Assembly: GCA_963782525.1 (NCBI GenBank)
Contig: CAWAKC010000007.1
Span: 348,165-412,164 of the forward strand
Source: Candidatus Bathyarchaeota archaeon
GTDB lineage: Archaea; Thermoproteota; Bathyarchaeia; Bathyarchaeales; Bathycorpusculaceae
Length of the DNA: 64,000 nt
Direction of reading: 5' to 3'
A program made the position numbers and the translations under genes. Below are positions 10,301 through 17,027 of the stretch, piece after piece. Each line of letters starts with the position of its first letter. The first letter of the stretch is position 1. The notes under the pieces are model-generated. The model saw nothing but the letters and a program-made list of their open reading frames with translations. It was not told the origin of the DNA and did no database searches.

Positions 10301-10796
10301 CAACTAACGTTAACGCTTGATCGGTGCCGCCAGCTGAACGAATGGGCCCAGCAAAGTACACAGCGAGATAACGTGACTTGTCGGCGTTTGTTTTTATTTT
10401 AACTTGGGCTATACCCTGAATCGGTGCTGCAGTTAGGCCTTCAGTAAAGATTGCAAGGGCAGTTCGAATCGCTTGTTCCGCCAATTGTTCTGGTCTCTGT
10501 TCCGTCTTAGCGAATTTTCCTTGGGCAATTTGTTGGGCTACTTTAAACGCTACTTCTTCTCTCGGCATCTTTGTGTTTAATTCACGGATGCTAACAGCTA
10601 CATCTTTGGGGCCAACTAACCCTTCCACCAAGTCCGCGATGTCCTGTGCAACGATGCACTCGGTTTTTAGGGCTGGATCTAAGCCTTTGGATCTGGCGCT
10701 GTCACTTATGGCGTACAGTCGTTTAAGCTCGTTATCCATTGTTTGGACATAGTTTTGATAGCCCTTGCTAATATTCAATCGACAGCTCACCCGCAA
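7374..10796 (-). CDS. polC: DNA polymerase D large subunit DP2
   Basis: AGPIRSAGGT, GGFRLRYGRSRNTG, catalytic KRRDCDGDED and zinc-finger clusters; 1140 aa with no intein. Confidence 0.98.
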   Translation of the reverse strand: MRVSCRLNISKGYQNYVQTMDNELKRLYAISDSARSKGLDPALKTECIVAQDIADLVEGLVGPKDVAVSIRELNTKMPREEVAFKVAQQIAQGKFAKTEQRPEQLAEQAIRTALAIFTEGLTAAPIQGIAQVKIKTNADKSRYLAVYFAGPIRSAGGTDQALTLVVGDYVRRELDLDKYKPTEEEVSRFVEELRLYERSVGRFQYHIPDEELKKALNLIPVECTGTESDPVEVSSYRNLERVETNRVRGGALRVVNDGIVGRAQKVYVIIDKLGFQGWEWLKNFKKKSEKKSGGFMDDVIAGRPIFAFPSTRGGFRLRYGRSRNTGLSAVGIHPATMAVVENFLAAGTQMRLELPGKGGVTMPVDSIEQPVVLLKDNSVVRVSLENYPDIKGKVQKILFLGDMLIDFGDFLYCNKALPPSGYVEEWWAKDLQRAIMEKFGSDFQKAAQATNLSIVKLEAFVADPFACKPTVKEAAALSFCFDIPLAPNCLLFWGSISNLTEIELLRRWLTNCEVTLNESFASKIVGDVSEAVIESLRKIFVQHKIFDGKIVLVGEDAASFGFSLGYGKTQVVQANSPLEMLSLLSSVQIKDKAPTYVGGRMGRPEKAKHREMKPLVHLLFPVGLKGGTHRDLMEASRQGPVFVELAKRKCPNCKSYTLKIKCPSCNCETISEKICPRCGKTVKDTGCSTCKTDGVMYQRQPVNFKELIAIASSNLGYPAPKMLRGVKGLTNLDKTPENIEKGILRAKHGLSVYKDGTIRFDATNAPLTHITPAEVGVSVEKMRQMDYLSDTHGLPLTDSNQVCELKIQDVVIPWRAGEYFVQIAAFIDDLLVRVYKQPAYYNVKKAEDMVGHLLFGLAPHTCACILGRVVGFTDRNVIYAHPVWHSAKRRDCDGDEDAIMLALDTLLNFSRVFLPAQIGGIMDAPILLIPFVNTKEVQRQAHDFDVSATYPIEFYRKTLEKFDARPASAMMDVISHRLGTEAQFEGFQYTTPCTNINLGNANSSYKEFKSMIDKLHMQLELGEKIDAVDARRVALKVLNTHFMRDIAGNMRAFSTQGFRCKSCNKKFRRLPLKGKCSYCGGKLTLTVYRGGIEKYLFAAQELVDKYGLPKYYTQRMDLIKEEIATMFDNKKPKQAKLFDF

Positions 10797-10858
10797 GATA
10801 TGCTGAGATAGGTTATTTTGGCTTTCTAAAGAATACCGAAAAATCTAACAATAAAAAA

Positions 10859-11617
10859 TTAGGATTTAATGTTTTGTATTGCTTTTATTATTTCTGAAAT
10901 CCGTTTTGCTGCATCACTTGATTCAGTCACGTTTCCAGTAACGATTACGTCTGCACCTGCAGAAGCTGCGGCTAAAGCCTGCTCCTTTAATCGAATTCCT
11001 CCGCCGACGATAAGCGGAATGTCGATTAAGTGCTTGACGGCACGAATCATTTCTGGTGGCACAGGGTGTGCTGCTCCGGAGCCGCCTTCAAGATAGATGA
11101 AGCGCATGCCGAGGTATTGCCCGGCCAAAGCGTGGGCAGCTGCGAGTTCAGGCTTGTTGTATGGTACGGTGATTGCTTTTCCAACAATGCCAGCTGTTCC
11201 TCCATCGCCTACGATTATGTAACCCATGGAAATGGGTTCCAACCCATATTTTTTGACGAGTGGAGCTCCCAAGATTTGAGCGCCAATAAGGAAGTATGGA
11301 TCCACTGAATTGAGCAAGGACATGAACCAAATTGCATCGGCATGACAGCTTATTCCCGTGACGTTGTTTGGAAAAAGAATCGTGGGAATGTCTACTTTGG
11401 ATTTGATTGCTTTGACTACGTCGTTTAGGTGGTTTTCAGAGACAAAAGTTGAACCGCCAATCATTATCGCGGTTGTTCCGCTCTTCTTAGAGCTTTCAGC
11501 AATATTTGAAGCTCCTTCTACCGTGACTTTTTCTGGGTCTATTAGAGTTATGTGAATTGAACCGCCATTTTTTATTTTTTCGAGCAAGTACCGTTCAATA
11601 GGCCCTAGCATGGTCAT
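10859..11617 (-). CDS. geranylgeranylglyceryl phosphate synthase (GGGPS)
   Basis: HITLIDPEK, MIGGST, IYLEGGSGA, LIVGGGIR and VTGN motifs. Confidence 0.95.
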   Translation of the reverse strand: MTMLGPIERYLLEKIKNGGSIHITLIDPEKVTVEGASNIAESSKKSGTTAIMIGGSTFVSENHLNDVVKAIKSKVDIPTILFPNNVTGISCHADAIWFMSLLNSVDPYFLIGAQILGAPLVKKYGLEPISMGYIIVGDGGTAGIVGKAITVPYNKPELAAAHALAGQYLGMRFIYLEGGSGAAHPVPPEMIRAVKHLIDIPLIVGGGIRLKEQALAAASAGADVIVTGNVTESSDAAKRISEIIKAIQNIKS

Positions 11618-11624
11618 CCTTCAA

Positions 11625-11894
11625 TTACTCTTTTTTAACGCTCGTTATAGGCGTCCTTTTTTGGGTGCCGTAAACTCGGTCAGTTAACATGCAGTAGACG
11701 TCAACTTCGCCCTGTGCTAATTTAACGGGGAACTCTTCTTTGAGACCACAACTACTGCATTGTGCAACCGCGTGTCCACCCTCGTCACGTGTAATTTCTA
11801 CTTTAACTGTTTCTTTTCCGCATTTAGGGCAAGAATAGAATTTCGGTAACCGTTTCTTTGGAATATGAACAACTTTTTTCCTTCTTCGCCCCAT
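11625..11894 (-). CDS. elf1: transcription elongation factor Elf1
   Basis: MGRRRKK N-terminus, CPKC/CSSC zinc ribbon, VDVYC. Confidence 0.9.
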   Translation of the reverse strand: MGRRRKKVVHIPKKRLPKFYSCPKCGKETVKVEITRDEGGHAVAQCSSCGLKEEFPVKLAQGEVDVYCMLTDRVYGTQKRTPITSVKKE

Positions 11895-11974
11895 ACAATA
11901 ACCTTCTAAATCGTCTGGTAATGTTCATTAATATTTATGCTTGTCCTTAAATACTTGCCTACTAACCATCAATA

Positions 11975-12835
11975 GTGAGGCTGCATCGGCACTTGAAGTT
12001 AACACCGTCCGTGTTAGAGATGGATTTTTCAGAGACCCAAAAAAGAATCTGCCGTTTCATTGAAGAATACGTTGAAAATGCCGGAGCTAGAGGAATTGTA
12101 CTCGGGCTCTCGGGAGGAATCGACAGCGGAACTATAGCGGCGCTATCAAGTCTTGCCATTGGCGGCGAAAATGTCTTGGCGCTGATGTTGCCAGAGAAAG
12201 AGAATTTTAACCAAAAAGACATCGACGACGCGAGGGCTATTGCTAAAAAGTTTCATGTGGAAACGCAGGTCTGCGACATGTCAAAGGCACTAAACGGGAT
12301 TTACCATGCCATTCCAGTGTTTGACCAGTCCAACAGACTTTGCAAGGGAAACATCAAAGCTAGATATAGGATGATCTTCCTCTATTATTATGCCAATAAC
12401 CAAAACCGAATCGTCTGCGGTAGCTCCGATAAGTCCGAAACGATGATGGGGTACTTCACCAAATGGGGAGACGCCGCTGCAGATATAGCACCAATCATGG
12501 ACCTGTACAAGACTCAAGTCCGCAAACTCGCGTTGCATTTAGGAATCCCAAAGGAACTCGCCTTAAAACCATCCACACCAGCGCTCTGGCCTAACCAGCT
12601 GGCGGAATCTGAGCTCGGAATCAAGTACGAAACATTGGATCTTATCCTCTACGGGCTCGAACGATTCGTTTCTCCAGAAGAAATCGCAAAGGAACTCGCC
12701 GTTGAAAAGGTTCTTGTGGATAAAGTAAAGAGCAAATGGCTAGCTAATGAGCACAAGAGAAGAATGCCCTTGGCCCCAAAGATTAGTTACCGAACCGTAG
12801 GAAACGATTTTAGGCTTCCAAGACACACATACTAA
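11975..12835 (+). CDS. nadE: NH3-dependent NAD+ synthetase
   Basis: GLSGGIDS, GNIKAR, GYFTKWGD and LYKTQV motifs. Confidence 0.96.
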   Translation: MRLHRHLKLTPSVLEMDFSETQKRICRFIEEYVENAGARGIVLGLSGGIDSGTIAALSSLAIGGENVLALMLPEKENFNQKDIDDARAIAKKFHVETQVCDMSKALNGIYHAIPVFDQSNRLCKGNIKARYRMIFLYYYANNQNRIVCGSSDKSETMMGYFTKWGDAAADIAPIMDLYKTQVRKLALHLGIPKELALKPSTPALWPNQLAESELGIKYETLDLILYGLERFVSPEEIAKELAVEKVLVDKVKSKWLANEHKRRMPLAPKISYRTVGNDFRLPRHTY

Positions 12836-12849
12836 AAAGTGGAACCCAA

Positions 12850-13683
12850 ATGAAAGACAAGATTAGACTTGCACTTGCTCAAATCAGCAGTAAACGTGAA
12901 AACAAAAGCGAGAATCTGAGGAAGATAGAAGAGCTAACCATAAAAGCCAAAGAGCAAGGCGCAGACCTAATTATCTTTCCAGAGATGTCTTTAACAGGTT
13001 ACGTTATTTTAGATCAGGTTTACGAGCTTGCCGAGACGATACCTGGACCGTCAACCGATAAAGTTGAGACTTTGGCGAAGAAAACAGGAATGCACATCGT
13101 TTTTGGGATGCCGGAGTTGAGCGAAAAAACCCAAGCAACAATCTTTAATACCGCTGTCCTTGTTGGTCCCAAAGGCCTAATCGGTAAATACCGCAAGATG
13201 TACCTGCCAACTCACAGCGTCTTTGAAGAGAAAAGATATTTCCGCCCAGGGTATGAGCCAGCGGCATTCGAAACAGGTATAGGCAACATCGGATTATCCA
13301 TATGCTATGACGTTTTCTTTCCTGAAGTGTTTAGGCTATCACGCCTCAAGGGTGCGCAACTGATAATTTGCATTTCCGCGTCCCCAGCCGTGCGGAGAGG
13401 CTACTTTGAAATTTTAACGTGTGCTCGAGCACTTGAAAATACGGCGTTTATTGCATACGTTAACCTTGCTGGTGTTGAGGATGGATTGCAGTTTTGGGGT
13501 GGAAGCCGACTTGTTTGCCCAACGGGCGAGGTTGTTGCTAAGGCAAAGTACGATGAAGAAGATTTTGTCGTCTGCGACGTTAATTTTGGCGATTTGAGGG
13601 CTGCTGAAACGTTCATTCCGACCTTGAGAGATTTGCGGCCTGAACTTTTCGATAAATTGAAGGAGTTTTCAGAGCAAATCTGA
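12850..13683 (+). CDS. carbon-nitrogen hydrolase (nitrilase/amidase family)
   Basis: FPEM, YRK and ICYD triad (Glu-Lys-Cys); 14 bp after nadE. Confidence 0.92.
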   Translation: MKDKIRLALAQISSKRENKSENLRKIEELTIKAKEQGADLIIFPEMSLTGYVILDQVYELAETIPGPSTDKVETLAKKTGMHIVFGMPELSEKTQATIFNTAVLVGPKGLIGKYRKMYLPTHSVFEEKRYFRPGYEPAAFETGIGNIGLSICYDVFFPEVFRLSRLKGAQLIICISASPAVRRGYFEILTCARALENTAFIAYVNLAGVEDGLQFWGGSRLVCPTGEVVAKAKYDEEDFVVCDVNFGDLRAAETFIPTLRDLRPELFDKLKEFSEQI

Positions 13684-13825
13684 GATGTCACAGTTACATA
13701 AATTCCTTGGAGTGCAGCATCACAGGGGTATCACAAGGCTGTGATGTGAGGTAATTTGTGGTAAAATCACGTATTTCGGGTGATGTCACGGTGTTTTTTG
13801 TATGATGCCACGAATAAGTTGTGGC
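13681..13825. repeat. array A1 of TGTGAYGTCACA-like palindromic and half sites
   Basis: TGAGATGTCACA 13681, GCATCACAG 13717, GTATCACAA 13728, TGTGATGTG 13740, AATCACG 13765, GGTGATGTCACG 13779, TATGATGCCACG 13801. Confidence 0.8.
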
Positions 13826-14159
13826 CTGAAAACTATGTTTTAGTGTAAGATTGACCTAGAAAAAGTGTGGATATATCGTCGGAAATGCTAAAAATAAGGA
13901 GTTTAGGTTTGAGGGCGTTTGCAAAAGAGCATTTTTCGTGTAAAGTTCAGGCGCATTGGAGTAAAAAATTAACGAGAATTTAGGCTTTATTATGTCAACT
14001 GCACTTATTCTCGCACCAATTACTAAACAAGTCAAAATTGCGATCTAGATTAATAAATGGACGTTAATTCGAGCTTTTAATATTTCTGTAATGAGGGGTT
14101 AGGGCGGGTGCAAAGGTTAAAAACAAGGGTTAGTATACAAAACCGTATCCATTCAGACT

Positions 14160-14657
14160 ATGGAGGAACGCGGAGATTTGAAGTTAAAAGACGGCGTAAC
14201 AGCATGGTTAAGCGGGGCATTAAACGACCCCATTGTGCAAGTACTGGCTAAAAACAGCCAATTAACTAAAATACAGCTTGAAACATTGCTTATTGATGTT
14301 TTAGCTGAAAATATTTCCGATAAACAGCTAAACTACGATGAAAAATCTGCTTTACGGCTAACGAAGTCCAAAATAAGCCGCGGTTCGTTTAACAGGACGT
14401 TAAAACAGTCCAAAGAAAACGTCATAAAATCGATCTACACGGTACTACTTTTGGGTTATCTGGGTGTGTTTGAGAGCTCAACTCTTGACCCTTATCTCGA
14501 AATAGCCAATAAACTGCATGATTATGTAGAGGCTCACCAAGAAATGCCGGGCAAGGAAGAGGAACTAAAAGACCATCTAAAAGTGATAGAAATCATCCGA
14601 AATGAGCTCGAAACGAGCCTAAAACGGCTTTCTAGCCCATCACAAGACCAATTGTGA
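14160..14657 (+). CDS. uncharacterised origin-proximal HTH protein
   Basis: LTKIQLETL...LNYDEKSAL...ISRGSFNRTLKQSKENV resembles an HTH-10/sigma-r4-like recognition helix; helical C-terminus. Confidence 0.7.
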   Translation: MEERGDLKLKDGVTAWLSGALNDPIVQVLAKNSQLTKIQLETLLIDVLAENISDKQLNYDEKSALRLTKSKISRGSFNRTLKQSKENVIKSIYTVLLLGYLGVFESSTLDPYLEIANKLHDYVEAHQEMPGKEEELKDHLKVIEIIRNELETSLKRLSSPSQDQL

Positions 14658-14937
14658 CGTCACAAATCACAGATTTTTCAGTCATTTTTTTGCATTTTAG
14701 ATGAAGTAAATCATTTATCTGAATAGGCTTTAGTTAAGCATTAATTAACAAAATAAGCCTAATAATCGATTTTAAATGTATGGATACAGCTTCAAAATGA
14801 TGCACTGTGATGTGTGATGTCATACTTTACTAGGCATGATGTCACCGATAACCTTATTACTCCATGGAAATACTGTGATGTGTGATGCAACATTTGAAAA
14901 CACGGCGAATCACGGTTGAGTCACAAATAAATCACGA
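14638..14937. repeat. array A2 of TGTGAYGTCACA sites with a perfect palindrome, a 16-bp direct repeat and phased half sites
   Basis: TTGTGACGTCACAA 14652-14665; ACTGTGATGTGTGATG at 14804 and 14872; CATGATGTCACC 14835; CAC cores at 14901, 14911, 14922 and 14933. Confidence 0.85.
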
Positions 14938-14948
14938 GGGAAAACATC

Positions 14949-15731
14949 ATGATTGACCTCACACCAGTAATCGTAGGCATTTTAGTAACTATGACAGCAT
15001 TAGCTGGATACGAATACTATAAGCAAGTCCGCAAGGCATACAAAGAATACGAGAAAGCCAAAGATTTCATCGAAGATATCGTGCTCAGTTTTGATCGTGA
15101 GCTTAAACGTGAATCGGATAAGTTTGACACGATGGTTTCTAAAGTTGAAGGAAGCTACAACACAGCAAACGTGAGTTATAGAAAAGCAGATAACGTCGAA
15201 AGTAAAATAGAACCATTAGAGCAACAACTCGTTGCACTCAGCCAATCATACCAAGCGATGTCACAAACAATCTCACAGAATATAGGTGAAAACACTCAAA
15301 ATAGCACCAGCATCCTTACTGGGTTAACGGGGTTTGAAACAAAGATAAAAGATATTGAAGTCACACAGGAAACCTTGAGAAACAGAATATTAGCCTTTGA
15401 AGACCAAATTCAGAAGCTTTCTGTTTCTCCTCCTGTAGAAGCTAAAAACGAAATTGTTTTGCCTTCCATAGTAATCAAACGGGACAAAGCCATGTCCGCT
15501 CTTACTGACACCGAAATCGCAGTTCTTGAAATGTTGTCTAAAGAAGGGGCCAAGACGGCGCCTGAAATCAAAGAGAGGGTAAAGCTTAGTCGGGAGCATA
15601 CGGCAAGGTTGATGAAGAAACTCTATGAAGAAGGGTACCTTGAGCGGGAAGCAGGTAAAATTCCCTTTAGGTATAGCATTAAGAAGGAAATGGAAGCATT
15701 ACTGCAGAAATCTGAGAGCACAGCGGTTTAA
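14949..15731 (+). CDS. membrane-anchored coiled-coil protein with C-terminal winged-HTH
   Basis: N-terminal TM (LTPVIVGILVTMTALAGY), about 130 aa heptad-rich region, then LTDTEIAVLEML...TAPEIKERVKLSREHTARLMKKLYEEGYLER wHTH. Confidence 0.85.
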   Translation: MIDLTPVIVGILVTMTALAGYEYYKQVRKAYKEYEKAKDFIEDIVLSFDRELKRESDKFDTMVSKVEGSYNTANVSYRKADNVESKIEPLEQQLVALSQSYQAMSQTISQNIGENTQNSTSILTGLTGFETKIKDIEVTQETLRNRILAFEDQIQKLSVSPPVEAKNEIVLPSIVIKRDKAMSALTDTEIAVLEMLSKEGAKTAPEIKERVKLSREHTARLMKKLYEEGYLEREAGKIPFRYSIKKEMEALLQKSESTAV

Positions 15732-15749
15732 GGCAAAATTGTAACTTGA

Positions 15750-15782
15750 GTTCACAGGTTGTTCACAGTTGTGTTTTGTGAA
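15750..15782. repeat. TTCACA motif cluster B1 between convergent genes
   Basis: GTTCACAG at 15750 and 15761 (11 bp apart) plus inverted TTGTGAA at 15776. Confidence 0.7.
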
Positions 15783-15786
15783 GGGA

Positions 15787-16218
15787 TTACTTTATGCGTT
15801 GTTTGATTGTCGCTTGTGGTAGGCTTGGGGCTGTCTTATACTTTAAGCTGTTTGGTCCACCCGTCCTAAGCAGCATCCCTTTGGCTGCCATCCTTGAAAG
15901 ATAAGTTGAAACTGTACTGAGGCCCACAGGTTCTTTGAGTTCCTGTTCGTAGATAGACTGGATTTCTTTGGATGAGAACCAAATCAAGGGGAAATTTTTC
16001 TGGATAACCAACTGAACCTTCTCAAAACGTGACAAAATCTTATTCGGTAAAGCATTCCCTGCAATTGCAGTTGGACCTTCGCCTGATGCTCCACCTAGCA
16101 GCTCCACAAGATCCAAAAGGCGCAGAGCTTTATCTCGGGTCACTTGGCCCTCAAAAGCAATGGTATATCGATTACCATCGCTATCGAACAGCTCAACGCG
16201 CATTTTACGAGCCGGCAT
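15787..16218 (-). CDS. uncharacterised origin-proximal protein: small N-terminal beta/alpha domain plus winged-HTH
   Basis: N-terminal KMRVELFDSDGNRYTIAFEGQVTRDKALRLLDLVELL, linker, then FSSKEIQSIYEQELKEPVGLSTVSTYLSRMAAKGMLLRTG wHTH. Confidence 0.8.
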   Translation of the reverse strand: MPARKMRVELFDSDGNRYTIAFEGQVTRDKALRLLDLVELLGGASGEGPTAIAGNALPNKILSRFEKVQLVIQKNFPLIWFSSKEIQSIYEQELKEPVGLSTVSTYLSRMAAKGMLLRTGGPNSLKYKTAPSLPQATIKQRIK

Positions 16219-16234
16219 CTGGTTACACCTTAAG

Positions 16235-16539
16235 GTTGTTCACAACTTTATGCTTCACAACATATAGCTGTTATGGTGAAGCCGATGAATAGGAAAAAGA
16301 ATATTTGAGCTTATACATCTGTTTTGGATGTAATTTGAAGTGATTTGGCTATAACCAGCTTCACAAATAAACGAAACTGCTAAAAATATTCAGTTAAGGC
16401 TTAGTTCTGCTTTTCCAGTAGAAGCGTAGGGGTGCCTTGTTCACTTGTAAGAGACAAGAAAAGGGTAATTTACCAGCAAATAACCCAAATAAAGCGACAA
16501 ATAAATTGTTATTTCACATGTATTCACAGTTTTGTGAAC
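16235..16539. repeat. TTCACA motif cluster B2 extending into oriC
   Basis: GTTCACAA 16238, CTTCACAA 16253, CTTCACAA 16359, GTTCACTT 16439, TTTCACAT 16512, ATTCACAG 16522, inverted TTGTGAAC 16532. Confidence 0.7.
16413..16434 (+). promoter_or_regulatory. ORB1 (Orc1/Cdc6 binding site)
   Basis: TTCCAGTAGAAGCGTAGGGGTG matches the archaeal ORB pattern TCCAG-GAAA-G-string. Confidence 0.9.
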
Positions 16540-16669
16540 ATAAAAACAAAGAAAAATTAGCAAAAAAAATATAGGCAAACTTAGCGATATCTACAAACAA
16601 AAAATTACAGAAACAAAGTACTCACCGCCACCATCAAGGAAATTTACCATAGAAAATTAGTTGTAGCCA

Positions 16670-16691
16670 CACCCCTATGTTTCCGCTCGAA
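16670..16691 (-). promoter_or_regulatory. ORB2 (inverted)
   Basis: Reverse complement reads TTCGAGCGGAAACATAGGGGTG. Confidence 0.88.
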
Positions 16692-16854
16692 GTATTTGGG
16701 AGAAAAAGAAGTCAGAAAAGCCTGAACAAACTTTTGCAGAAGATTTGTCTAAAAACTTTGATGACAAATATTAATATATAAAAAAATAACTTACCTATTA
16801 CAGTATATTACTGTATATATAATAAATAGTAGTTTTCTTTTAACCAACATTATT

Positions 16855-16876
16855 CTCCAGTAGAAACTTTGGGGTG
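16855..16876 (+). promoter_or_regulatory. ORB3
   Basis: CTCCAGTAGAAACTTTGGGGTG. Confidence 0.92.
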
Positions 16877-16975
16877 TGTGTGCTCTCGCTTTGTTTGGTT
16901 GTTATCGGCTATTTTCTTTGTTTTTTAGGATTGTTGTGCTCTAAAACTATTTTTTTGTAGTGTATACTTTATCTG

Positions 16976-16996
16976 TTCCACACGAAATAACGGTGT
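16976..16996 (+). promoter_or_regulatory. mini-ORB in the cdc6 promoter region (possible autoregulation)
   Basis: TTCCACACGAAATAACGGTGT, ending about 30 bp before the cdc6 start. Confidence 0.6.
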
Positions 16997-17027
16997 TGCC
17001 TCTGAAGAATGATGAGAGGGATGCCTG

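Larger units (their letters stand above)
16413..16996. other. replication origin oriC (ORB elements and AT-rich DUE candidates) upstream of cdc6
   Basis: Three 22-bp ORBs with G-strings, one mini-ORB and long A/T-rich tracts in an about 800-bp gene-free region before orc1/cdc6. Confidence 0.92.

Noticed and set aside
7374-10796. Intein in DP2
   Set aside because: Normal length, uninterrupted KRRDCDGDED site, no intein termini
13866-13874. DnaA-box-like TGTGGATAT near the origin
   Set aside because: Single imperfect copy; the origin is ORB/Cdc6 type and no dnaA is present
14652-14665. Resemblance of the palindrome to CRP sites, the eukaryotic CRE or bacterial parS
   Set aside because: Half-site spacing is 2 bp rather than the 6 bp of CRP; no CRP, bZIP or ParB gene in the window; only a short core is shared
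13681-14937. Motif arrays as a CRISPR or a transposon end
   Set aside because: Units are short, degenerate, in both orientations and irregularly spaced; no cas gene, transposase or terminal inverted repeats
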